A DNA stretch of 64,000 nucleotides from an uncultured delta proteobacterium (GTDB taxonomy: Bacteria > Myxococcota_A > Polyangia > Polyangiales > Houyiibacteriaceae). Location: NCBI GenBank assembly GCA_963699755.1, contig CAVOVB010000006.1, positions 1-64,000 of the forward strand, written 5' to 3'. Within the stretch, counting starts at the first letter, position 1, and each line of letters opens with the position of its first letter. A program made the position numbers and the translations under genes. This document shows, one piece after another, positions 18,170 to 28,093 of the stretch. Below the pieces are notes generated by a model, which saw nothing but the letters and a program-made list of their open reading frames with translations, did no database searches and was not told the origin of the DNA.

Positions 18170-18733
18170 ATGTCGCGAGAGCGCTTCGTCGAGTTGATGA
18201 CTCCTGCCCTGATTCGATTCAGTCAGGATTTGAAGTCCTTCCTTCGGATTGTCGAAGATCCGGAAATCGACGACGAGAGTCGAGTCGCGGCAGCCGGGGG
18301 TCTATTGCACGTGATCTTCTCGACCGGTGCGGTCCCACGTGTACGTGGCGTGCTCCGGTATCTGATAGACGTCCTGTTGATGAGGCTCGTGCTGAACGAG
18401 GTGCGTGAGCGATCTCCGGATGGGTTTGAAAAACACTTGCTCAAGTCGCCGGAGATGCTCGAGCCGCTCTCCGACGAGCTCGATGCGATGCGTGCTTATC
18501 TCGGAGACCGAGTCACAGTGCTCGAAAAGGTTGCCAAGAAGTTTCCGAGCTTGAGTCAGCAGGGGCATCAGGCCGCCGACTGCGTCGACGACGCTGAGTC
18601 GAGCACCTGGCTCTACGATGCGGTTCACGAGGCGTTGATCGATCAGATCGACTTCGACGAAGAGGATGTCATGCGCGAGCTCAAGCAGGTCGACCAGATC
18701 TTGGGGCCGCTCGACTCCCTCGTCAGCCGCTAG
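18170..18733 (+). CDS. Hypothetical protein, weak YkvA/DUF1232-like segment
   Basis: Starts 1 bp after the upstream stop; AAGGLLHV...VP...GVL.YL.DVLL resembles a degenerate DUF1232. Confidence 0.6.
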   Translation: MSRERFVELMTPALIRFSQDLKSFLRIVEDPEIDDESRVAAAGGLLHVIFSTGAVPRVRGVLRYLIDVLLMRLVLNEVRERSPDGFEKHLLKSPEMLEPLSDELDAMRAYLGDRVTVLEKVAKKFPSLSQQGHQAADCVDDAESSTWLYDAVHEALIDQIDFDEEDVMRELKQVDQILGPLDSLVSR

Positions 18734-18737
18734 ACCG

Positions 18738-20342
18738 CTACGCTGCTTTGCGTCCGGGCTCGGAGATCTCGCGGAGCAGCCAGGTACCGCGTGACGCCTT
18801 GACGGGCTTGGGAGCCTTGCGCGCCAGGACCCTGAGCAACTCCATTGCCTCTTGGTCCCAGTCCACGAGTCTGACTATGTTGCCATTGGAGGTGCGCAGA
18901 CCGGGTTGGACTCTCGTGCGGCGCCGCATGAGGTCGTCCGCATCGGACTGAGCTCGTGTCTCGACTGCGAGCATCAGCGTGCGTCTCAGAACGAACCCCA
19001 CCGTGCTCGAGGCAAGCACGAAGCTCAGCGAGGAGAGCCCCGCGCGATGGCTGGGCAGGTAGACACGCAGGCGAGGCACCGATTCGGACGAGAGCTCCCA
19101 GGCGAACGACATGCTCGGTGCCTCTGCCGAGAGTCGGAGCTCCGATGCGAATCTGTGAAGCGCGAGAGCGGTCTGCGAAGCAGTGACTGGCAAGTGGTGT
19201 CGCGTTCCTGTGAGAAACACCGGTAGAAGGAGCAGTGCCGCAGTTGCTTCTCCGAGGACGATCAGGCCAATCCCGCTTGCGAGCAAGATGGCGAGACCGG
19301 TTGCGCGAGTCCCGTCTAGGAGCTCGTTTGCCCGGGTTTTGGGCTTCATGAGATCCCTCTCGAGAGCAGGGCGCCAGTCCTGTGGGTCAGTGGCGACCAC
19401 CCGACGTGCCGGACGGTGCAGCGCAAAGGCGACGAGCGGAACCGCGCAGAGGAGGTAGCTCGGTGCGAGCCACTGTCCGATTGCAAGTATGATTCCACTG
19501 ACCGTGAGGACGGAGACCCAGGGCGCAGGCACCAAGAGCGCGCCTCGACCCATCGCCGCTTCGACAGCGCGACGCTTGAACAGAACCAAGAAGACGAACA
19601 AGAGTAGCGCCCAGGCAATGGGTCGCTCATCCGGTCTCATGAGCGGGCGGAAGCCGGTGGGCGTATTCGTATCGGGCGCCGAGATCGGAAGGTCGATCGC
19701 TCGGAGCGGCACGTCGAGCGTCAGCGGCCAGGCAGTCATGCGCGGAAGATGAATGCGGTGCCACTCGACTACGGTCTGCCCACTGCTCTCGGTGACTTGG
19801 AAGTCGACGCCGGCTGGGGTGTCGTGAAGCTCGCTCGGAACAGAGGAACCCTTCGGTGCCCGGATCTCGACCGCAACGTCGTGGAGGCCGGTCTCCCAGG
19901 ACGGCACCGACCAGACCAGTCGCGCGTGCTCCGTATCGTCGACTGCACGCACGTCCACCTTGGTGCGATATCGTATGAAGACCCGGTACTCGCCTCGCTT
20001 GGGAGCCCGTTTACGGGAAAACGAAAGGTGTATCCGTCCGTCTTCGAGGACCTCGGCCTCGGGGCGAAAGACCTCGCCTTCCTCCGAGCGAAAGTAGGGC
20101 GGCCGATAGCGGTCTAGCTCGACGCCGTCACCGAGGTCGACCAGCTCGAGCTCGTGCAGCCATCCGGCGTGTACCTCGACGTCCAAGCGAAGCAGGACGC
20201 TGAGCGTTGCGTCGCGCTCGACGTCAACCGTCGCTCTAGCACCTTTGACCACCGTCCGAGTCCACGCCTGCGCTGGCGACGATGAACCGAGGACGGCAAC
20301 GAAGATGAATAGAAGCAGGCCTGAATCGCGGCAGGGGCGCAT
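18738..20342 (-). CDS. Exported membrane protein (DUF2207-like architecture)
   Basis: Signal peptide ending AQA; periplasmic beta domain; several TM segments; soluble tail. Confidence 0.65.
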   Translation of the reverse strand: MRPCRDSGLLLFIFVAVLGSSSPAQAWTRTVVKGARATVDVERDATLSVLLRLDVEVHAGWLHELELVDLGDGVELDRYRPPYFRSEEGEVFRPEAEVLEDGRIHLSFSRKRAPKRGEYRVFIRYRTKVDVRAVDDTEHARLVWSVPSWETGLHDVAVEIRAPKGSSVPSELHDTPAGVDFQVTESSGQTVVEWHRIHLPRMTAWPLTLDVPLRAIDLPISAPDTNTPTGFRPLMRPDERPIAWALLLFVFLVLFKRRAVEAAMGRGALLVPAPWVSVLTVSGIILAIGQWLAPSYLLCAVPLVAFALHRPARRVVATDPQDWRPALERDLMKPKTRANELLDGTRATGLAILLASGIGLIVLGEATAALLLLPVFLTGTRHHLPVTASQTALALHRFASELRLSAEAPSMSFAWELSSESVPRLRVYLPSHRAGLSSLSFVLASSTVGFVLRRTLMLAVETRAQSDADDLMRRRTRVQPGLRTSNGNIVRLVDWDQEAMELLRVLARKAPKPVKASRGTWLLREISEPGRKAA

Positions 20343-20382
20343 CGCCCGAACGTAAGGAATTTCCGCGCCTCGGTGAAATTTC

Positions 20383-21303
20383 CTACTGCATCCGGATCCA
20401 GGACGGCATGAACAATAGAGCGAACAAAGAAAGGGTTAACCAGCCAACGACCCGGCGGCGTGAAGAGAGCTGGTCGTCCTCGGTGGGTGGATGGCCGGGA
20501 CCAGTCGTGCGGGTGAGCAGCCAGAGGACCAGTGCCCAGACCAGCCAATGGCTACCAGCTGCCACGTCGCTCATGAGCGCGTCTCCGCGAAGCCCGTCGA
20601 GGTAGCTTCGGATGGCGTATACGGCGCTCACGAGGATGGCGAGCAAGGGGAGCAAGTGGAGGACGCGGCGGGAAATGCGATTCTGCCTCGGGCCCAGAAG
20701 CGCATAGGCGACGTGTCCGCCATCGAGCTGGCCGAAGGGAAGGAGGTTGATCATGGTGACGAGCAGCCCTGCCCAGCCTGCCAGCGCCGTCGGTGTCAGC
20801 ATCACGTCGTACCCGTCCGGGATGGGGCCTTTGAGCAGGCCCAGGAGCGCGAGGTAGAGAACGGAACGTCCTTCGAGGATGTAGGGACCTTCCGGGAGCG
20901 GTTGGACTGGCGAGGTGGCGAGACCGAAGGCCACTACGGGGAGGGCAACGGCCATGCCGGCTAGGGGCCCTGCGGCGCCGATATCGAGGAGCGCGTTTCG
21001 AGACCGGATGCGTTCTCGGATCTGGATCACCGCACCCATCGTCCCCAGCAGAAAGAATGGAACCGGGATGAAGAAGGGGGGAGACACGTCGACCCGGTGG
21101 TACTTGCCCGCGAAGAAGTGGCCGAACTCGTGGGCGAGGAGAATGGCCATGAGTGGGAGGGAGAACACCCAACCCGCCCGCAGCTCCGCGAGCGAGCCTG
21201 GGGGATGCCCGAAGACCATCCCGGCGCCGACATAGAACGTGGACGCGAAGGTCAGGGCGATCAGGATGAGCGGTAGCGCCCAGGTCGTGTTTCGCCGCTG
21301 CAC
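20383..21303 (-). CDS. Site-2 protease family (M50) intramembrane metalloprotease
   Basis: HEFGH, AGPLAG, NLLPFGQLDGGH. Confidence 0.92.
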   Translation of the reverse strand: MQRRNTTWALPLILIALTFASTFYVGAGMVFGHPPGSLAELRAGWVFSLPLMAILLAHEFGHFFAGKYHRVDVSPPFFIPVPFFLLGTMGAVIQIRERIRSRNALLDIGAAGPLAGMAVALPVVAFGLATSPVQPLPEGPYILEGRSVLYLALLGLLKGPIPDGYDVMLTPTALAGWAGLLVTMINLLPFGQLDGGHVAYALLGPRQNRISRRVLHLLPLLAILVSAVYAIRSYLDGLRGDALMSDVAAGSHWLVWALVLWLLTRTTGPGHPPTEDDQLSSRRRVVGWLTLSLFALLFMPSWIRMQ

Positions 21304-21317
21304 GGCGTGCCTGTAGC

Positions 21318-23255
21318 ATGTGCGATGCGAAGCGCACGATCTGCTATTCTCCCGAACGGATGGACCTCTACAGCGCGGCCAAGCGGCTCAGTCGGCCGTT
21401 CGTCTTCACCGATGAACAATCGAGGCGGGATCTGACGATCGCGGACCACGGGTTGATTGGGGACGGATTTTCCGCAGCGCTGGTTCGTGCAGACGGCGCG
21501 ATCGACTGGCTCTGCTTGCCACGTTTCGATAGCCCCAGCGTCTTTGGTTCCCTGCTCGACGAAAACAATGGCGGCTCCACCTCGGTGAGCCCCGTCGACT
21601 ATCCCTTCGAGAGCCTGCAGCGCTACGACCCTGGAACCAACGTACTCGAGACCGTGTTCCAAATCGAAGGCCGCGGGACCATTCGACTGACCGACTACAT
21701 GCCCTGGACCGACGATCCACGATCGGCGATGCATGAGGTTCATCGCCGCGTGCAATGCGTGGAAGGCGCGGCGGTGGTGAAGGTCGTCTTTGATCCGCGA
21801 TTCGACTACGGCCGCGTCAGCACGACGTTCGACATCGATGGGCGATCGGCGCTGGCCAAAGGAGGGTCGGGAGAGCGTCTCGTCGCCGTTCTGGGGGGCC
21901 TCGGCCATTGGGAGCAGCGACTCGAAGGCGGCGTGCAGGCCATCTTTCCACTCAAGGCCGGAGAGCGTGCATGGGTCGTCATCAGTTGGAACGCAACCGA
22001 GTCCGAGTCGATCCTGGCGTTCCGTCCTTTCGACGCCCTTCGCAACACGCGGCGCCGCTGGCGCGACTGGGCCCAGAAGCTCCAATATGACGGCCCCTGG
22101 CGGCACCACGTCATTCGATCAGCGCTCGTGCTGAAGCTCTTGATGTATGCGCCCACTGGAGCGATGGTGGCTGCGCCGACCACTTCGATTCCCGAATGGA
22201 TCGGAGGCGTTCGCAACTGGGATTATCGCTACACATGGACGCGGGACACGGCCATGGCGGTGCGCGCGGCGAATCTGCTCGGCTGCGATCGGGAGGCGCG
22301 CGAATTCTTCCACTTCGTGAGGGATACGCTGGAACGCGATCGCGAACTTCACATCATGTATGCGGTCGACGGTGGTCGTGTCCCCGATGAGCAGACCCTC
22401 GAGCACTTCTGCGGCTATCGTGGGTCACGCCCGGTGCGAATCGGGAATGGCGCGCGCGACCAGTTGCAGCTCGACACGGCCGGGGCGCTAATGGATGCTG
22501 CGTACGTGTACGAGCGAGGTGGCGGCTCACTCTCTGCGCGCGGCTGGCGACGGCTTCGCGCAGTGGTCGATAACGTGGTTGCGATGTGGGCCGAGCCCGA
22601 CCATGGCATCTGGGAGCCGCGTGCCGGCAAGCGGCACAATGTACACTCCAAGCTCATGAGCTGGCTTGCGCTTCGACGCGGCGCAGAGCTTGCGCCTTTG
22701 TTCGGTGATCAGGCCTTGAGGGCTCGATGGCAGCAAGTGGCTGACACGCTCCACGCGGAGCTCTGCGTCCGGGGGCTGGACCGGACAGGTAAGCGTTTCG
22801 TCGCCGCGTATGATCACGAGCACCCGGACGCGTCCTTGCTCTTGCTTCCGATTCACGGCTTCCTGCCGCCGAACGATGAGCGGGTGCTTCGAACCGTGGA
22901 GTGGATTCAGGACACCTTGAGCGAAGGGCCCTTCGTGTACCGTTACCGTACCGACGATGGGGTCGGCGGCGAGGAAGGGGCGTTCGTTCTTTGTGGCTTC
23001 TGGCTGGCCGAGGTTCTCGCGATGGCGGGGCGGATCGACGAGGCGCAGCACGTGTTCGTGGCCCATGCGGAAGCCTCCAACCACCTGGGTCTCCTCGCAG
23101 AACAGGTCGAGCCAGGCGCTCGGACCCTACTTGGGAACTTCCCGCAGGCTTTCAGTCACCTCGGCCTGATCAATGCTGCCGCGAGGATCGACTTGGCGCT
23201 GCGTTTGCGTGATGAAGGGTCTGCCCGGATTCCCGAGGTCCAGATCGGTCGCTAG
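21318..23255 (+). CDS. Glycoside hydrolase family 15 (trehalase/glucoamylase-like)
   Basis: IDWLCLPRFDS, AAPTTS.PE..GG.RNWDYRYTW.RD, GIWE.R, GNFPQAFSH; start may be ATG 21360. Confidence 0.93.
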   Translation: MCDAKRTICYSPERMDLYSAAKRLSRPFVFTDEQSRRDLTIADHGLIGDGFSAALVRADGAIDWLCLPRFDSPSVFGSLLDENNGGSTSVSPVDYPFESLQRYDPGTNVLETVFQIEGRGTIRLTDYMPWTDDPRSAMHEVHRRVQCVEGAAVVKVVFDPRFDYGRVSTTFDIDGRSALAKGGSGERLVAVLGGLGHWEQRLEGGVQAIFPLKAGERAWVVISWNATESESILAFRPFDALRNTRRRWRDWAQKLQYDGPWRHHVIRSALVLKLLMYAPTGAMVAAPTTSIPEWIGGVRNWDYRYTWTRDTAMAVRAANLLGCDREAREFFHFVRDTLERDRELHIMYAVDGGRVPDEQTLEHFCGYRGSRPVRIGNGARDQLQLDTAGALMDAAYVYERGGGSLSARGWRRLRAVVDNVVAMWAEPDHGIWEPRAGKRHNVHSKLMSWLALRRGAELAPLFGDQALRARWQQVADTLHAELCVRGLDRTGKRFVAAYDHEHPDASLLLLPIHGFLPPNDERVLRTVEWIQDTLSEGPFVYRYRTDDGVGGEEGAFVLCGFWLAEVLAMAGRIDEAQHVFVAHAEASNHLGLLAEQVEPGARTLLGNFPQAFSHLGLINAAARIDLALRLRDEGSARIPEVQIGR

Positions 23256-23263
23256 GTGGGGGG

Positions 23264-24244
23264 ATGTCGGACGCAAATGGGGTGAAGTTACGCCGATCCG
23301 TGATGCTTCGGCTGGGTTCGTATGCATTGTGCGTGGCCTTGCTGACCGGCCTCGCACTGTTCTTCCACGCTGGGATTCGCGATGCAGGTTCTTGGGGATG
23401 GTTCACGCTAGGCGCGATGGCCGCCGCGGCCGGGCTCGTCAGCCTAGGCCATTTTGCGCAGAGCGCGTCCGTCGAGCTCGTGAAGCAGGGGGTAGGCGAT
23501 ACGAGCGTCGTACAAGGAAAGGATTCAGAGCCAATCACACCGCCGGACGTCATGCACGGCGCAAAGGCAGCGCCCGACGAAGAGGAAGTCGACTACTTGA
23601 TGGCGCTCCGTCACGAGTTCCGCACACCGCTCAACGCGGTTCTGGGATTCTCCGACGTGCTCTTGAGTGGAATCGATGGCGAAGTGAACGAATCACAGCA
23701 TGAAGATCTCGAAATCATTCGTGCTTCCGGGATTCGCTTGAAGCTGCTCCTCGATAGCGCGCTCGATCTCTCGCAGCTCGCCGGCGGGCAGCTCCGGATG
23801 AACATCGAACGCACCGACGTTCGTGAGCTCCTCGCCCGGGTAGCCGCAGAGGCCAGACAGCTCTGGTCCAACAAGCGAAGCGCCAAATGCGCTCTTCCAG
23901 AGGAACCTTGCGTCACTCAAGTGGACCAAGGCCGTCTCTGTCGCTCCATCCTGGTGCTGGCCGATTTCCTGGCGACCGACCATCGAGACGCCGAGATCGT
24001 ATTGGGCCTCGCTTCCTCTGGGGGACGTCTCGCAATCGAAGTCACGGCCATCGGGTCGGATCGCCTTTCGTTCGATGCGCTCCCGAACACGTCGGAGGTT
24101 CTAGCGTCGGAGGACGCCTCGGAGATTCGTCGCTGGCCGGTCGCAGTGACAGCGGAGATCATCTCGCAGCACGACGGGTCGCTCTATCACGGCAATGCGC
24201 CATCCCGTTTTCTGGTTCGGCTACCTCTTCAAGGTGCACGATGA
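23264..24244 (+). CDS. Membrane HisKA-domain protein with degenerate HATPase domain (#1)
   Basis: Two TM helices; H-box HEFRTPLNAVLGF; N, G1 and G2 boxes not recognisable. Confidence 0.82.
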   Translation: MSDANGVKLRRSVMLRLGSYALCVALLTGLALFFHAGIRDAGSWGWFTLGAMAAAAGLVSLGHFAQSASVELVKQGVGDTSVVQGKDSEPITPPDVMHGAKAAPDEEEVDYLMALRHEFRTPLNAVLGFSDVLLSGIDGEVNESQHEDLEIIRASGIRLKLLLDSALDLSQLAGGQLRMNIERTDVRELLARVAAEARQLWSNKRSAKCALPEEPCVTQVDQGRLCRSILVLADFLATDHRDAEIVLGLASSGGRLAIEVTAIGSDRLSFDALPNTSEVLASEDASEIRRWPVAVTAEIISQHDGSLYHGNAPSRFLVRLPLQGAR

Positions 24245-25206
24245 CTGGCGAAGAGCAGCATGCGATTGCCAAGCTTCGCTGGGGGATCGCCGCAGTGTCG
24301 ATCTACTTCGCTGCCTGCTGGGTTTTGCTGGCCGCTGAGGATCGCTATCAGGGAGCGTTGCTGGTCTTGCTGGTGAGCCTCACGTTGGGTGCCGGGGTTC
24401 TGCAATCGGTCAGACGGCTCTTGAACGCTCCCGCGTCCTTCACGCCGTCCAGCTCAACGGCAGCGCTGCCGCCTTCGATTTTCGAGACGATCGCGGCTCA
24501 TTCGGCCGAGCCAGAGGTGCCCGAACGGCAGCGCGCGCGTTTCCTCGGTGCACTTGGCCATGAGCTCCGAAACCCCCTCAATTCAGTTACCGGCTTCTCC
24601 GACATGCTGCTCGGTCGTGTGGATGGTGAGCTCAATGCGGAGCAAGAGAGCAGCGTACGCACGATCCGGGCCAGCGCGGAGCGTCTTCTTCGACTCGTCT
24701 CTACGGTGGTCGATCAAGCGAAGATCGAAGCCGGAACACTTCGCTTACAGCAGCAGTGGGTAGTGCCCGACGAGCTGATCGGGGAGGCCATCGGTTTCAC
24801 TCGCGCGCGCGCCGAGGGCATATCGGTCATCGGCGGGGTGGCAGAAGGGCTTCCGCGCATCTTCGTAGACCGTCATCGCACCGTTCACGCGTTGGTGAGC
24901 CTGGCGGTGTTGGTGATCCGTTCCTCTGGAACCGACATCGTCATGCGCGTGGCGCCGCCGCGGCGTGATCAGGTGGGCAAGGGGTTCGTTCAGTTCGACC
25001 TGATGGCAACGCTCAAGGATTCGTCGGCCGATACGCTGGCGATCGTCGAACGACTCGAAAAGCCGCTGTCACGCTCAGATGCCCTTGGATTGGAAGTGGC
25101 GGTCGCGCGGAGCGTGATCGAAGCACAGGGCGGACGCATCTGGACCGAAGCAGGAACGGCTGGGAGCCTTCGCGTTTGCATGACGCTACCCACCTCTGCG
25201 CACTAG
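24241..25206 (+). CDS. Membrane HisKA-domain protein with degenerate HATPase domain (#2)
   Basis: ATGA overlap with #1; two TM helices; HELRNPLNSVTGF; lacks NAxK and DxGxG. Confidence 0.82.
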   Translation: MTGEEQHAIAKLRWGIAAVSIYFAACWVLLAAEDRYQGALLVLLVSLTLGAGVLQSVRRLLNAPASFTPSSSTAALPPSIFETIAAHSAEPEVPERQRARFLGALGHELRNPLNSVTGFSDMLLGRVDGELNAEQESSVRTIRASAERLLRLVSTVVDQAKIEAGTLRLQQQWVVPDELIGEAIGFTRARAEGISVIGGVAEGLPRIFVDRHRTVHALVSLAVLVIRSSGTDIVMRVAPPRRDQVGKGFVQFDLMATLKDSSADTLAIVERLEKPLSRSDALGLEVAVARSVIEAQGGRIWTEAGTAGSLRVCMTLPTSAH

Positions 25207-26042
25207 TCTTGTTCCGACGTCGAGGTGTCGAGCACGGCCCGGTAGGCGCGGTTGCGTTTCCAACCCAGGTCGTGCTGTAGCCTCTGGGTCATCTCTCTGG
25301 TCGAGAGGCCCTCATGTTTCCATTCGGTTATCAGGGCTTCGATGTCGACGTCTTCGACCGCTTGGTCCACGGCCTTGCCCTCGATCACGAGCGTGATCTC
25401 GCCTCGGACCGGCTTGATAAGCTCGTTTCGAACCTCTGGAACCGTGCCGCGAATCGTTTGTTCGTGCATCTTCGTAAGCTCTCGGCAGAGTGCGATCTGC
25501 CTGCCGCTGCCGAGGTCGCGTTCGAGGTCGTCGAGGGTCGCGAGGATGCGGTGAGGGGATTCGAACAGAACCACTGTGACCTCGGATCGCGCGATTCGCT
25601 CTAAGGCACGAGTTCGCTCGCCGCCCCCCCGAGGAAGAAACCCTTCGAAAACGAAACGACGCACCGGAAGCCCTGCAACGCAAAGAGCCCCCAAGACGGC
25701 GCTCGGGCCTGGAATCGCTTCTACGACGATGCCGGCGTCTGCCGCGCGCGAGATGAGATAGACCCCGGGATCGCTCACCACCGGAGTCCCTGCATCGCTC
25801 ACCAGCGCGTAGTGGGCGCCGTTTTTGAGCTCCTCGATGATGAGGTCCACCTTCTCGTCGCTGCTATGCGCGTGAAAAGAGCGCAATGGCGTGGCGATGC
25901 CGTGCTTCGAGCAAAGCGTCTTGCTGTGACGGGTGTCTTCGGCGAGAATGAGGTCAGCGTCGCGCAGAACGCGGATCGCCCTCAGCGTGATGTCCTCGAG
26001 ACATCCAATGGGCGTCGCAACCACGGACAAGCGGCCTGACAT
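25203..26042 (-). CDS. rsmI: 16S rRNA C1402 2'-O-methyltransferase
   Basis: VATPIG.LEDIT.RA, AEDTR, SDAGTP..SDPG, FESPHR, RELTK. Confidence 0.95.
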   Translation of the reverse strand: MSGRLSVVATPIGCLEDITLRAIRVLRDADLILAEDTRHSKTLCSKHGIATPLRSFHAHSSDEKVDLIIEELKNGAHYALVSDAGTPVVSDPGVYLISRAADAGIVVEAIPGPSAVLGALCVAGLPVRRFVFEGFLPRGGGERTRALERIARSEVTVVLFESPHRILATLDDLERDLGSGRQIALCRELTKMHEQTIRGTVPEVRNELIKPVRGEITLVIEGKAVDQAVEDVDIEALITEWKHEGLSTREMTQRLQHDLGWKRNRAYRAVLDTSTSEQD

Positions 26043-26085
26043 TCAGAAGCGTTACCACATCTCGGTGGCTCCGCGACCCGGCCGC

Positions 26086-27072
26086 TCAGTGAGATTCGTA
26101 GACTTCCACGACCGTTTCACCAAGCTGTTCATGCAGGTATGCCTTGAGCTTCTCCAGGAGACGCTTTTCGATCTGCCGGACGCGCTCGCGGCTCACCCCG
26201 AACTCGTCTCCGAGTATCTGCAAAGTCTTGGGGTCTTCGGCCACCAGGCGGTCGTCGAAGATCTTCTTTTCTTTACCCTCCAGGGATTGCCCGAACTCGT
26301 GGATCTTCGCCGAGAACTGATCGCCAACCTCGGCGTCGGCGAGAGTGTCGTCGGCTCGGAGGCCCTCCGATGGAAGAAGCTCCACCCTCGCCACCGAACG
26401 GCCCTCTCCCGTCCCCACCGGAGCGTCCAGAGACGCGTCTCCGGCTGCCAGTCGCATGTCCATCGAAACGACATCTCGTTTTGGCACATTGAGGCGTTCC
26501 GCGATGATCTCCGCGGTCGGTTCGATCCCCATCGCCGCCAGGCGAGCCTTTTCTTTTTGTAGATTGAAGAACAGTTTTCGTTGAGCCTGCGTCGTCCCCA
26601 CCTTCACGAGGCGATGGTTGTTCAGGATGTAGCGAAGGATGTATGCGCGAATCCACCAGGCGGCGTAGCTCGAAAGCTTCACACCCTTGTAGGGATCGTA
26701 CTTCTTCACCGCCTGCATCAGTCCGATGTTGCCCTCCTGAACGAGGTCGAGGATGTTCTTGTAGGCTTGACGATAGTCGTATGCGATCTTGACGACCAGT
26801 CGCAAATTCGAAGTGACCAGTCGTCTTGCTGCTTCGACGTCGTCCTGTTCCAGGAAGCGCACGGCGAGCTCGTGTTCCTCTTCCTTGGAGAGTAACGGGT
26901 AGCGCTGCACGTCCCGCATGTAGACGCCGAGCGGGTCTCGACGTGAGAGCGCCGAAGAGGGGAGAGCCAGACTGGCGGCGTCGTCGCCGCCCAGGCTGGG
27001 CATATCATCCATGACTTCGACGTCCTGTGGCTCGTCGAGCTCATCAGGTTCTTCTAATTCGTTTCCAGTCAT
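26086..27072 (-). CDS. rpoH: RpoH-type (sigma-32 family) sigma factor
   Basis: NLRLVVKIA, DLVQEGNIGL, YAAWWI, RpoH box QRKLFFNL, SRERVRQIE; start could be TTG 27090. Confidence 0.85.
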   Translation of the reverse strand: MTGNELEEPDELDEPQDVEVMDDMPSLGGDDAASLALPSSALSRRDPLGVYMRDVQRYPLLSKEEEHELAVRFLEQDDVEAARRLVTSNLRLVVKIAYDYRQAYKNILDLVQEGNIGLMQAVKKYDPYKGVKLSSYAAWWIRAYILRYILNNHRLVKVGTTQAQRKLFFNLQKEKARLAAMGIEPTAEIIAERLNVPKRDVVSMDMRLAAGDASLDAPVGTGEGRSVARVELLPSEGLRADDTLADAEVGDQFSAKIHEFGQSLEGKEKKIFDDRLVAEDPKTLQILGDEFGVSRERVRQIEKRLLEKLKAYLHEQLGETVVEVYESH

Positions 27073-27133
27073 CGATTCCGACCGTGACAACCTTCTCTAA
27101 AGCACAGCCCTGCCAGACGTCCAGTGGGGGACC

Positions 27134-28090
27134 TCACTTCGGAGCTTGGAAAGGCTGATTGCCCGCTGCTCTCGGGCGCAATCGCCCGCCAACCGAGCCG
27201 GCGATCACGTATTGAATGGCGCCATCAGCGGTCTGTGCAGCTTTCAGCCCCGACGATGCCAGCTCGAGCATCGTGGCCACCTTCGCGCTCCGCTCCTTGT
27301 AGGCATCCTGTATCTTGGCTCGGAGCATCAGGTTCAGCTCGGAGCGCTTGAGCGGCCGCATGAGCCGCACCTTGCCGAGAACGTCGAGCTCCAGGTCTTT
27401 GCCATGGGATGTCGCGCGTTCGATGTTTGCGAAACCACGCTCGACTTCGACGATCAACTCGAGATTTCCTGCATCCGCCGGGTCCAGCGTCAATCCACCC
27501 CATCCAGGAATCTCGAGCTTCGACTTTCCGTCGCCGACGCTCAGCCCCTCGATGGTGAGCTCCACGTTGCCCGTCGACTCTGCGACCTCGGGCGGCATGG
27601 CCAGCTCGATTCCACCGCTGAGGACTCCAGCGAGTGGAACCTTGGTGAAGGTTTGTAGCGCCGGCAGTGCTCCGAGGTCGACATCCTCGATCCCGACATC
27701 GACGTCCATGTCGTTCTCTCCGATCGTGATGTCGCCGTCCGCATCCCCCCCCGCCAGCTCCGCATCGAAGCTGTAGGATTTCGTGTCGGACATCAGGGAA
27801 AAAAGTGACGTGCTTACGCTGAGCTCGTCGATGATGAGGTCGAGCGGAGGGGAACCCTCTTCCTCCGACGGAACTAGCAGGCGGAGGCCCTCGAAGGTGA
27901 GTCCCGTCAATCCCGAATGAGTCAAGTCGACAATCTCGATCTCATAGCCCCGTGCCCTCGCCTCTTGAATGATCCGATCGGAAAGTCGCTCGTAGGGGAA
28001 GGTCTTGTAAGCGAAGAAGATGAAGCAGAAGACGAAAAACAGGGGATATCCGGTCCACTTCAGAATCTGCTTGATTGGAATCCGGTCCAC
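27134..28090 (-). CDS. gspN: Type II secretion system protein N
   Basis: N-terminal TM followed by TFPY; beta-rich periplasmic region; last gene of the gsp operon. Confidence 0.8.
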   Translation of the reverse strand: MDRIPIKQILKWTGYPLFFVFCFIFFAYKTFPYERLSDRIIQEARARGYEIEIVDLTHSGLTGLTFEGLRLLVPSEEEGSPPLDLIIDELSVSTSLFSLMSDTKSYSFDAELAGGDADGDITIGENDMDVDVGIEDVDLGALPALQTFTKVPLAGVLSGGIELAMPPEVAESTGNVELTIEGLSVGDGKSKLEIPGWGGLTLDPADAGNLELIVEVERGFANIERATSHGKDLELDVLGKVRLMRPLKRSELNLMLRAKIQDAYKERSAKVATMLELASSGLKAAQTADGAIQYVIAGSVGGRLRPRAAGNQPFQAPK

Positions 28091-28093
28091 GGC

